64,000 bases of DNA from contig JAXFGC010000027.1 in the NCBI GenBank assembly GCA_034171505.1, positions 15,745 through 79,744 of the forward strand. The letters run 5' to 3'. Position 1 is the first letter of the stretch; the number at the start of each line of letters is the position of its first letter. Source of the stretch: Candidatus Enteromonas sp. (lineage in GTDB: Bacteria > Bacillota_I > Bacilli_A > RFN20 > CAG-826). The notes under the pieces were generated by a model, which saw only the letters and a program-made list of their open reading frames with translations, had not been told where the DNA came from and made no database searches. The translations under genes were made by a program, and so were the position numbers. Shown here piece after piece: positions 36,910 to 45,385 of this stretch.

Positions 36910-37473
36910 ATGGGAAACGCTAAAATTCGTCGGATGTGCATCGACGGAATGTTGGTCGCGGTATTTATCGTCCTGGCCAAGTTCACGATTAAGGTGCCGC
37001 CCCTCCACATTTCCTTCGCCGGCCTAGCGGTCGTTTTCGCCACGTGCTATTTCGGCCTCACGGACGGGCTGATCGTGGCGTTCTTGGGGGAAGTCGTCAT
37101 TCAAATGACCTCCTCTTATGGCATAGGGCCCACCACCCCTTTATGGTTTTGGTCGCCGTGCTTTCGGGCGTTGGTCATCGGCCTATTCGACCTTATCTAC
37201 CGAAAGAAAGGGGATCACATCGATTCCCATCCTTTGGTGTTTGGGATCGCAAGCGCCTTAGCCGCCCTCGTGGTCACCCTTGTAAACGCGGGGGTGGAGG
37301 TTCTCGATGGACTCATCATCGGTTACGACCCGAAGGTCACCTTGGTCTTGGTTGGGACGCGAATCCTCTTGAGTTTTGTCACAAGCATCGCCATAACAGT
37401 CCTTGCGATTCCCTTGCTTCGGGCGATACGAAAAGCTCATGGGGAGAATCCGACTCCCACCGAAAACAAATAG
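36910..37473 (+). CDS. folT: ECF-transporter S component, folate family
   Basis: A 187-aa protein with 5-6 TM helices, beginning MGNAKIRRMCIDGMLVAVFIVLAKF..., directly downstream of the THF riboswitch. RBS aaggag. Confidence 0.8.
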   Translation: MGNAKIRRMCIDGMLVAVFIVLAKFTIKVPPLHISFAGLAVVFATCYFGLTDGLIVAFLGEVVIQMTSSYGIGPTTPLWFWSPCFRALVIGLFDLIYRKKGDHIDSHPLVFGIASALAALVVTLVNAGVEVLDGLIIGYDPKVTLVLVGTRILLSFVTSIAITVLAIPLLRAIRKAHGENPTPTENK

Positions 37474-37490
37474 ACGTCCCTCTTATTTTT
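37461..37490 (+). repeat. Copy C of the 30-nt direct repeat: cgaaaacaaatagacgtccctcttattttt
   Basis: 27/30 identical to copy B. It spans the last codons and the TAG stop of folT and fills most of the 20-nt gap to the convergent mntP gene. Confidence 0.85.
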
Positions 37491-37493
37491 ACT

Positions 37494-38075
37494 TTAGAGG
37501 ATTCCTTCTAAAAGGATTTTTATCGCGATTCCAAAGAAGACGATTGAGGCGAACAAACCCGCGTAGGAAGAGAGGAACTTCGATAGTTTTTTCGCCAGCA
37601 AGGCGGTCAGGAGGGAGAGGACCATCGTGGTCACCCCGATGATGCCAAAGAAAATCATCGCGTCGACGATCGGCGCGTTCATGTAGGCGAATCCGATGCA
37701 CAGGGCATCAATGGAGGTCGCGATGGCTTCCACGAATAAAGTCCCGATGGAGATTTTCTTTTCTTCGATCGGCTCCTCATCCTTCCGGTGACGGAAGTCC
37801 TTAATCCAATCGATGAGGGATTTGACTCCGAGCGAACCCAATAATCCGAACCCGATCCAAGGGATAAAGGGGGTTACGTATTGTTGAAAGGTTTGGGCGC
37901 AGAAGTATCCAATCGTCGGCATCAACGCTTGGAATAAGCCAAATAGGAAACTCGCAAGGAGGACTTTTTTGAAGGCGATCTTCTTTTCTTGTAGCCCGTT
38001 GGTGGCGTTGACGGTCATCGCATCCACCGAAAGGGAGACGCTTGTTAAGGCAATGGTGATGGCATCGATGGTCAT
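37494..38075 (-). CDS. mntP: Manganese efflux pump MntP
   Basis: MTIDAITIALTSVSLSVDAMTVNATNGL... and a second half ...VEAIATSIDALCIGFAY give the duplicated DUF204-type architecture. The start overlaps the SNF2 stop (ATGA). Confidence 0.85.
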   Translation of the reverse strand: MTIDAITIALTSVSLSVDAMTVNATNGLQEKKIAFKKVLLASFLFGLFQALMPTIGYFCAQTFQQYVTPFIPWIGFGLLGSLGVKSLIDWIKDFRHRKDEEPIEEKKISIGTLFVEAIATSIDALCIGFAYMNAPIVDAMIFFGIIGVTTMVLSLLTALLAKKLSKFLSSYAGLFASIVFFGIAIKILLEGIL

Positions 38076-41000
38076 GATAACAGGAACGCAATGTCCTCCT
38101 CCGTAAGTCCGCTGGCGCTGCCATCGGATACCCGGATGATTCCGCTCAGGTTTTTCTTCATTTCTTGAAGGGCGATCATCTTTTCCTCAACGGTCCCTTC
38201 CGCGACGAGTTTGAAGACGGATACGGGTCGCGTTTGTCCAATGCGATGGGCGCGGTCACTCGCCTGGTTTTCGGCCGCCACATTCCACCAAGGATCGAGG
38301 TGGATTACGATGTCCGCCCCCACGAGGTTTAATCCGGTTCCGCCGGCCTTTAACGACACCAGCATGACGGAGAGGTTCGAGGAACGGTTGAATTCCTCCG
38401 CCAATTCCAGGCGCTTTTCCGCGGGGATATCCCCATAAATCAGTTCGGAACGGATGTCGTTTTGGTTCAAACAATCCTGAAGATGTTTAAGGACGCTCAC
38501 GAAACTTGAGAACACGAGGACTTTGTGGCCGCTTTGGAGGGCGTCCCCGATCATGGAAATCGTGTAGCTGAGCTTCGAGGAAAGGTCATGGAAATTGTCC
38601 ATGAAGGAAGAGGGGTCCACGCAAAGCTGACGAAGGCGGGTAATCTCCGCGAGGATCGCGATTCGATTGGTATCCTGGTGGCGTTGGTTGTTGATGTTGG
38701 CCAGATACGCTTCGTAGAGTTTCTTTTCCTTGGGTTCCATCGCAATCGTGAGGATGTCCTCACTTTTGGGAGGAAGGTCCTGCAAAACCTCTTCCTTGGT
38801 GCGGCGGAGGATGAAAGGGGCGACCTGAGATTCTAGGGCTTTGAGTTCGGCCTCCTTGGAATCGCTATAACCTTGATAGACGGAACGGAACTCGTTAAAT
38901 CCGTCGAGGTATCCCGGCAATAGGAAATCCATGATAGACCAAAGATCCATTAAACTGTTCTGGATGGGGGTACCGGTTAAGACGAAACGATGGGTGGCGT
39001 CGAGGGATTTGACCGCTTTCGTCTTTTTGGCCAAGGCGTTGGCGATGTATTGGGCTTCATCGAGGATGACGTTAGAGAAGTGGGTGCCTTGGAACAGTTC
39101 TTCGTCAATACGTAAAGAATCATAGGAAATCACAAAGACGGCCTTCGTGAGTTTCTTCGCGGAGAGAATCGCTTCCGTTCTCCCCTTTTTGGAACCGGTG
39201 ATGATGACAACATTCGTCGATGGGTTCCATTTACGGAACTCGTTTCTCCAGTTGAAGAGGAGGGATTTGGGACAGACGATGAGGGTGGGGGCGTCTTCTT
39301 TTTCTTGGCTTAAGTAGGCGATCATCTCGAGGGTTTTTCCAAGGCCCATATCATCCGCGAGGATCCCCCCGAGGTTTTCTTTCGCCAAAACGCTCAGCCA
39401 TTGAACCCCGTTTTTCTGATAGGGGCGAAGCGAATCGAGGATGGTAGGCGGGCAAGTGAGGGCATAGGAAGAATAATGGAGGAGACGTTCAAACAAATTT
39501 TGGAGGCCTTCGTCAAAAGTGACGTGGACGTCTTCCGTGTTTTTGAGCCGCAAAGCCTTGTATAAGGGTAAATGCTCTTGGGTCAAATCTTCCGTCGGAT
39601 CGACATAGAAAGCATCGACGATTTCCTTCATGTTTGGGTCATCGAGGGAGAAAAAGGAGGACCCCACCCGTACGAATTTCTTCTTTTTCTTGTATCCTCC
39701 AAGGATCACCGCGATGGTCTCGGGGTCGTAATCCTTGTTTTGGAAATTCACTTCAAACCAGTCCAAACCCGATTCGGTGGAGATGGAGAATCTCGAAGGG
39801 GTTTTGACGATGTTGGGGACGATGTTATTGGACAAGTAGAGGGAACAGGAGTCCGCCAAAGAAGAGAGGTTGGCGGATAAAATCGAACCGATGGTATCCT
39901 CGCTTGTGAACTTGCCTTGCTGAGGTAAGCCTAATGTTTTTATGGCGGAGACGAACTTGTTATAGACGGAAGGGTCGATTTCTTTAAACTCTTCTTCGTT
40001 GACCTCTTCCCCGTGGCTCATGTAACGGGTTTTGACTTCGAGATAGGCGTCTCCTTCCGTTTCGAGGGTGAGGTAATATTCCACGAGGTTTTTATAACGG
40101 GCGATTTTCTTTTGATAACCATCCGAAAGCTGGACGGAGTTTTCCAATACCGGAAGAATCTCGGTCGCGAACTCCTCTTCAAATAACTCATAAGGGAATT
40201 TCGGGTTGGCCGCGACGAAATCCGCGAAGAGCATTTGGCGTTGGGATTTATAGGAATAGATGTAGATTTTTTGCTCCTCGTCCGAATAACGGATTTCGGT
40301 GTTTTGGTGCGCGAAAAGGAGGGTGCCGTCTCGTTTTGTCACCGTCAAAGTACCGTTTTCCTCGATTGTCGTATCGATAGAACGGACCTCATCCTCGATT
40401 TTGTAATTGCGGTCATCGGTGAGGACCTCAACCCCAAGGGAGGTAAGGAAGATCCGACAAAGATCCGCGTTATCGTAATCGCGGTAGGAATAATAACGGC
40501 TTTCGACTTCCCGAACGACCGCGGCGATGCCGAACAATACCTGTTGATCGGATTTGGACCAGTTGGGCATGCCGACATGCATGACCCTCCCCTTGCCGTC
40601 GTTTACGATTCCGTTGCTTTCCACTTGCTTGAGGAAGGCGGAGAAAGAACGGCTCTTATGGACGGTTTTTCCCACGACTGCGGGGACCATTTTCTCGTAA
40701 TCGGTGATGCCGCCGGGGATGGCGAGGGCAAATTTTGGGGCAATTTCAATCAGGTTGCTCGTGCTCGTGGGCTTCTTTTTCTTGGTCTCGTTGATTTCAC
40801 ATAAACGGTTTTTGAGACGTAAAAGCTGTTCTCTCCCTTTGATGTATTCCTTTCGTTCTTCTTTGGACAGGGATGTAATCCGATAAAGAGAAGAGAAAGA
40901 AGACTTATAACGACGACGCAAGGTGGCTTCATCCGCCTTCGCGTCTTCTTCGGCGACGTAGATGGCTAACGCGATGGAATAGGCTTGAAGCAAAGGGGCG

Positions 41001-41224
41001 GTTGGGATGATTTCGCATTCTCCTTTGGGGGAGAGGTCCAGCCGAATAATCGTGCGATCGCTTTTTAACGCTTCATAGACGATCGAAGAGTCGGAATGGA
41101 CCGAAACGAAAACGGGGACTTCCTTGTTTCGCATCTGTTCCAAAAAGGCGGCGGCTTCGGGAAATGCGGAAACCCTCTCTTCCCAAGAACGGAGGGTGGA
41201 TTTTTTGGTGCTGCGTAAATACAT
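38072..41224 (-). CDS. SNF2-family helicase/ATPase (YwqA-like) with ~600-aa unassigned N-terminal region
   Basis: LRPYQKNGVQWL...GGILADDMGLGKTLEMIAYL (motif I), ILDEAQYIAN (II), LTGTPIQNSLMDLWS (III), LKAGGTGLNLVGADIVIHLDPWWNVAAENQASDRAHRIGQTRPV (V/VI). Start ATG 41224 lies 2 nt after the SWIM gene stop. Confidence 0.9.
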   Translation of the reverse strand: MYLRSTKKSTLRSWEERVSAFPEAAAFLEQMRNKEVPVFVSVHSDSSIVYEALKSDRTIIRLDLSPKGECEIIPTAPLLQAYSIALAIYVAEEDAKADEATLRRRYKSSFSSLYRITSLSKEERKEYIKGREQLLRLKNRLCEINETKKKKPTSTSNLIEIAPKFALAIPGGITDYEKMVPAVVGKTVHKSRSFSAFLKQVESNGIVNDGKGRVMHVGMPNWSKSDQQVLFGIAAVVREVESRYYSYRDYDNADLCRIFLTSLGVEVLTDDRNYKIEDEVRSIDTTIEENGTLTVTKRDGTLLFAHQNTEIRYSDEEQKIYIYSYKSQRQMLFADFVAANPKFPYELFEEEFATEILPVLENSVQLSDGYQKKIARYKNLVEYYLTLETEGDAYLEVKTRYMSHGEEVNEEEFKEIDPSVYNKFVSAIKTLGLPQQGKFTSEDTIGSILSANLSSLADSCSLYLSNNIVPNIVKTPSRFSISTESGLDWFEVNFQNKDYDPETIAVILGGYKKKKKFVRVGSSFFSLDDPNMKEIVDAFYVDPTEDLTQEHLPLYKALRLKNTEDVHVTFDEGLQNLFERLLHYSSYALTCPPTILDSLRPYQKNGVQWLSVLAKENLGGILADDMGLGKTLEMIAYLSQEKEDAPTLIVCPKSLLFNWRNEFRKWNPSTNVVIITGSKKGRTEAILSAKKLTKAVFVISYDSLRIDEELFQGTHFSNVILDEAQYIANALAKKTKAVKSLDATHRFVLTGTPIQNSLMDLWSIMDFLLPGYLDGFNEFRSVYQGYSDSKEAELKALESQVAPFILRRTKEEVLQDLPPKSEDILTIAMEPKEKKLYEAYLANINNQRHQDTNRIAILAEITRLRQLCVDPSSFMDNFHDLSSKLSYTISMIGDALQSGHKVLVFSSFVSVLKHLQDCLNQNDIRSELIYGDIPAEKRLELAEEFNRSSNLSVMLVSLKAGGTGLNLVGADIVIHLDPWWNVAAENQASDRAHRIGQTRPVSVFKLVAEGTVEEKMIALQEMKKNLSGIIRVSDGSASGLTEEDIAFLLS

Positions 41225-41226
41225 AT

Positions 41227-42729
41227 CTAGAACTCCGTGCAATTCCCAACTCCTGGATGTCGATGAAGGAAATCCAAGTAATACCAACGGGAAAATTCAT
41301 CGCCTCGGATGGATTCACGCACCGCATCCTCTTCCACTTTGTGGTAAATCTCCGGATAAAGAGGCCCGTAGGTTTCCAAGATTTTTAGGAACAAAAACAA
41401 AAGGCTGAAGGGGCGGACTTCCCAACTTGAAAGACCGTTGATGGCGTTCCGGACAATCACGAGAATGGTTTCCTTGGTCGCTTTAAACTGGGGGTGTTTG
41501 AGAAGTTCCTCTCCAAAGAAGGCATGGAAAATCCAACAAGTGTTCTGTTTGAACTCCAAAACGGTGGGAACCGGGGTTTGGAAAAGGAGATAGGAACGAA
41601 GAGAAGGATCGATTTCATACCACTCTCTGTCTCGACTGAGGGATTCTCGGAACTGCTTTCGCTCTTCGGGAGGGAAACAGGCTAAACCTAATAGAATTTC
41701 GAGCTCCCCATCCACGGAATGATTCTTCAAAAGACTCCAACCCAAGGTTTTTAGGGAACGGGTATCTCCTTTTTCTTTTAGGGAGAAGAAGGTTTCAATC
41801 CAGATATCGGGTTCGACCGAATGGGGGTAATGGAAGATGATATCGAGGGCCAAATCATCGAGATGACGACGAATCGCCTCCTCATGGAGATAGTTCACGA
41901 ACCAATCCGGAAGGGCGGGAGTGCCTTCGATGAACGCGCTTAACAAATCATTGGAGAACAAAGGGAACACGTTTTCCCAATAATTGAGCATAACGCGGCT
42001 CGCCCGATTGATTTTATCCAGAAGCGTTCCGTTCTTTTTGACGATTTCGGGCAAATACATCGCGGTCGAGGGATTCTTCGCGATGATTCGGAACAAATTC
42101 GCCAAGGTGTCCAGACGTTTCGCGGTGACAAACGTGGAGAAGACAAATTTCTCTGCGGAGGCTTTATCTAATAAAGATAAGGTATCCAAATACAGGTGTT
42201 GACCCATGGCCCCATCGATAAACGCGGGATTGACGCTCGTCATGGCCATTAAGATCTTTTGGACGAAATATTGGAACGCTTCTTTTGAAACGCTGGATTG
42301 AACGGAAGAAAGAAGCTGACGGATTAAAGAACAAACGTATGCAACATCTTTGGAATAAAAGGAAATCGAAGATAAAACCTTTTCGGCTTGGAAGAGTTCG
42401 GAAAAATAGGGATTCTTCGGATCCAAAGACAAAACTTGCCGACTCTCCTCGATCGCGGAGGCGGCGCATAATGTGGCGTAGATGTGCTTACAAGGGACTC
42501 CAGTCCGATAGTATTGGGGGCAATCGCAGCGACTCGAAAGCATGCTGCCGGATTTTGAGAAGGCGATGGTGACGTTGTAATCGGTTCCTGTCCCCTTCAC
42601 TTTTGCTCGCACCGAATTGGAGGCAAACTCCTTGATTTCGACTCGGCCATTATCAAAATAATCGCTTCCTCGAGAGATGGACGCGTAAGAGAATCGAGTG
42701 CTGTTTTTATCCCGTAACGACATAGGCAA
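41227..42729 (-). CDS. SWIM zinc-finger protein (YwqB-like)
   Basis: CDCPQYYRTGVPCKHIYA is the CxCx(n)CxH SWIM motif near the N-terminus. The remaining roughly 400 aa are helical and unassigned. Confidence 0.85.
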   Translation of the reverse strand: MPMSLRDKNSTRFSYASISRGSDYFDNGRVEIKEFASNSVRAKVKGTGTDYNVTIAFSKSGSMLSSRCDCPQYYRTGVPCKHIYATLCAASAIEESRQVLSLDPKNPYFSELFQAEKVLSSISFYSKDVAYVCSLIRQLLSSVQSSVSKEAFQYFVQKILMAMTSVNPAFIDGAMGQHLYLDTLSLLDKASAEKFVFSTFVTAKRLDTLANLFRIIAKNPSTAMYLPEIVKKNGTLLDKINRASRVMLNYWENVFPLFSNDLLSAFIEGTPALPDWFVNYLHEEAIRRHLDDLALDIIFHYPHSVEPDIWIETFFSLKEKGDTRSLKTLGWSLLKNHSVDGELEILLGLACFPPEERKQFRESLSRDREWYEIDPSLRSYLLFQTPVPTVLEFKQNTCWIFHAFFGEELLKHPQFKATKETILVIVRNAINGLSSWEVRPFSLLFLFLKILETYGPLYPEIYHKVEEDAVRESIRGDEFSRWYYLDFLHRHPGVGNCTEF

Positions 42730-42798
42730 AGAATACTTTAACCTATCCGCACGCGTTAAAGGAAGCAGAAAAGGGGCGTTAAGGAAAGTTTGTTTACT

Positions 42799-43566
42799 TT
42801 AGTCAACGTCAATGACGAGACTGACGGGGCAATGGTCGCTCCCAAAGACGTCGTTATGGATTTCGCTTTCTTTGACTTTTGGCAAGAGGGACTCGGAAAC
42901 AACGAAGTAGTCAATTCGCCAGCCAATGCCTTTTTCCCTTGCGTGGAAACGATAACTCCACCAGGAATATTTGACGGTGTCGGGGTGGAGCTCGCGGAAG
43001 GTGTCTTTGTATCCGTGGGATAAAAGAGTGGAGAACGCCCCTCTTTCTTCGGGGGTATAGCCCGGGTTCCCTTCGTTGGACTTGGGGTTCTTGAGGTCAA
43101 TCGGATTGTGGGCAACGTTGAGGTCCCCGGTATAAATGATGGGTTTTTTCGCGGAAAGTTCTTCGAAATATTCGAGGAGATCTTTCTCGTATTGCATGCG
43201 GAAATCAAGGCGTTTCAGCCCATCTCCCGCGTTTGGGACGTAAGCCCCAACCACAAAACAATTCTCGTATTCTAGGGTGATGACACGTCCTTCTTCGTCG
43301 TATTTGCCATCCTTCAGGCCGTAATGGATGCTTAAGGGCTCCTTTTTGCAATAGGCGACTACCCCGGAATATCCCTTTCGGACTTTGGAGACAGTCCAAT
43401 AGACGTGGTATCCCTCCGGGGTGAATGGGAAGAAGTCATGATTGTCTTCACTCCACTTGGATTCCTGAAGGAAAAAGATGTCGGCGTCGAAGGAGGCAAA
43501 GGATTCGGGAAAGCCTTTTCCCAGGATGGCGCGGATGCCATTTACATTGAAGGATACGATTTTCAT
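42799..43566 (-). CDS. xthA: Exodeoxyribonuclease III (AP endonuclease)
   Basis: MKIVSFNVNGIRAILGKGF..., GDLNVAHNPIDL, ...SDHCPVSLVIDVD. The ORF-track N-terminal extension to 43914 is rejected. Confidence 0.9.
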   Translation of the reverse strand: MKIVSFNVNGIRAILGKGFPESFASFDADIFFLQESKWSEDNHDFFPFTPEGYHVYWTVSKVRKGYSGVVAYCKKEPLSIHYGLKDGKYDEEGRVITLEYENCFVVGAYVPNAGDGLKRLDFRMQYEKDLLEYFEELSAKKPIIYTGDLNVAHNPIDLKNPKSNEGNPGYTPEERGAFSTLLSHGYKDTFRELHPDTVKYSWWSYRFHAREKGIGWRIDYFVVSESLLPKVKESEIHNDVFGSDHCPVSLVIDVD

Positions 43567-43623
43567 GGGTTTATTGATGGATTCGAGAAGTATTTTATCG
43601 CGGGTTGGGTTACAATTCACGTT

Positions 43624-44055
43624 ATGATGAACATACCGATTGAAGAGTTTCACCAATACGTGGGGGAAATCCTTATGTATTGCCAGTGCATTGAGGAAAA
43701 CGTGAAGCGCATCTGCGCGCAGATGATGCAGGGAAATGCCCGCCTCAATCGGTTGCGAATCGAAGAAGAGAAGATGACGCTTGGCCAAGTGATCACCTTG
43801 ATGAAGGAGATGGACGAGCGTCGTCCTCGGCGCTTCTTCTCCCAAGAGGATTACAACCGTCTGTTCGAAGTCACGCGTACCCGTAACGCCTATGCCCATA
43901 ACGTCTATATTCATTTCTGCTATTTGGAAGATGAAGACGAGTTCGAACGTAGTTACAACACGTGCGTTGCTGGGGTGATGCGCGACAAAGAGTGGCTCTT
44001 TAACCTATATGCCGCGGTAGAGGACGCACGATTAAATTTCGAACGTCAAAACTGA
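43624..44055 (+). CDS. Small helical protein with HEPN-like R-x4-H motif, unknown function
   Basis: 143 aa. ...LFEVTRTRNAYAHNVY... (RNxxAH, nt 43882-43899) resembles the RNxxxH motif of DUF86/HepT-type HEPN domains. The RBS is weak, so both the gene call and the family are tentative. Confidence 0.45.
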   Translation: MMNIPIEEFHQYVGEILMYCQCIEENVKRICAQMMQGNARLNRLRIEEEKMTLGQVITLMKEMDERRPRRFFSQEDYNRLFEVTRTRNAYAHNVYIHFCYLEDEDEFERSYNTCVAGVMRDKEWLFNLYAAVEDARLNFERQN

Positions 44056-44083
44056 GGATTGCGTCAATTTCGGAGGAAAAACG

Positions 44084-45385
44084 ATGTCTAGTTTGGATTT
44101 GGTAATGGGTTGTTTGGATGCTTCCAAAAGCCCCTTTCACGTGGTGGATTTGCTTGCAAGGATCTTGCGGGATGGAGGGTATAACGAACTCCTCGAGCAA
44201 GAGGGAGCAAACATCGTTCCGGGCGGAAAATACTTCATTCGTAGAAACGGCTCATCCCTTATTGCCGTCCGCATCCCGAAGACCCCAAAGCCCATGTTCA
44301 AGGTGGCGAGCTGCCATACGGACTCCCCTTCCTTCAAGGTTAAGCCAAACCCTGTATTATTCTCCCAAGGCCTTATCAAACTCGATGTAGAACCTTATGG
44401 AGGCATGATCATGTCTTCCTGGTTGGACCGTCCTCTTTCAATGGCGGGGCGGGTGATGGTGGAAACGCAGAATGGAGTGGAAACCCGTCTTCTTGCCTTT
44501 GATTCGGATTTGATGGTGATTCCCAATGTCGCGATTCACATGAACCGTGAGGTCAATAAGGGTTTTGCCTTTAACCCCGCGGTGGATATGCAACCCGTTT
44601 TGTGCGGGGCCAAAGAAGGCTTTGATTTCCAGAACTTCCTTCTAGAACAAATGAACGACCCCACCATCAAAAAGGTATTGTCCCACGATTTGTATTTGTT
44701 TGTGAGGGATTCCGCGCGTCGCTTGGGCCTCAATCACGAATTCATCTCTTCCCCAAAATTGGATGACCTCGCCTCTTTGTATAGCGTTGCCCTTGGCTTC
44801 CTCCGATCGGGTGGGGAAGATGCAATCAACGTCTTCGCCGCGTTTGATAATGAAGAAGTCGGTTCTTTGACCCGTCAGGGAGCGAATTCCACTTTCCTCA
44901 AAGACACTTTGGCCACGGTTTCCCGTGCAGTGTTTGGAGATGAAGGAACTTTTGCCCGCGCGGTGGCGCGCGGAATCAATCTTTCGGTGGATAACGCGCA
45001 CGCGAACCATCCGAATCATCCTGAATACAGTGCTCCGACGACTCATGTTCAACTCAACGGTGGGATTGTTCTGAAATACAACGCCGCCCAAAAGTACACG
45101 ACCGACGCCTTGTCGGCCGCGATTGTGAAAAAAGTCGCGGAAATCGCGAAAGTGAACGTCCAAGAATATACGAATCGAAGTGACCTTCCGGGCGGATCGA
45201 CTCTTGGGAATATCTCCAATAGTGAGGTCAGTTTCTTAAGCGCGGATATTGGTTTGCCGCAACTTGCAATGCATAGCTCCGTCGAACTTTGCGGAGCCTC
45301 CGACATTGATGCGATGATTCAATTCATCGAGGCCTACTACGATTGCAAACTCGCGCGTACGGATTTAGGCTTCACGATTGCCTAA
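44084..45385 (+). CDS. M18-family aminopeptidase
   Basis: ...SPFHVVDLLARIL...GGKYFIRRNGSSLIAV...ASCHTDSPSFKVKP... is the typical M18 N-terminal region. Length 433 aa. Confidence 0.85.
   Translation: MSSLDLVMGCLDASKSPFHVVDLLARILRDGGYNELLEQEGANIVPGGKYFIRRNGSSLIAVRIPKTPKPMFKVASCHTDSPSFKVKPNPVLFSQGLIKLDVEPYGGMIMSSWLDRPLSMAGRVMVETQNGVETRLLAFDSDLMVIPNVAIHMNREVNKGFAFNPAVDMQPVLCGAKEGFDFQNFLLEQMNDPTIKKVLSHDLYLFVRDSARRLGLNHEFISSPKLDDLASLYSVALGFLRSGGEDAINVFAAFDNEEVGSLTRQGANSTFLKDTLATVSRAVFGDEGTFARAVARGINLSVDNAHANHPNHPEYSAPTTHVQLNGGIVLKYNAAQKYTTDALSAAIVKKVAEIAKVNVQEYTNRSDLPGGSTLGNISNSEVSFLSADIGLPQLAMHSSVELCGASDIDAMIQFIEAYYDCKLARTDLGFTIA

Noticed and set aside
43567-43914. 116-codon N-terminal extension of the exonuclease III ORF
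   Set aside because: Exonuclease III homologues begin at MKIVSFNVNG, and here that gives 255 aa, the normal length. The extension overlaps the opposite-strand HEPN-like ORF and has no homology signal.
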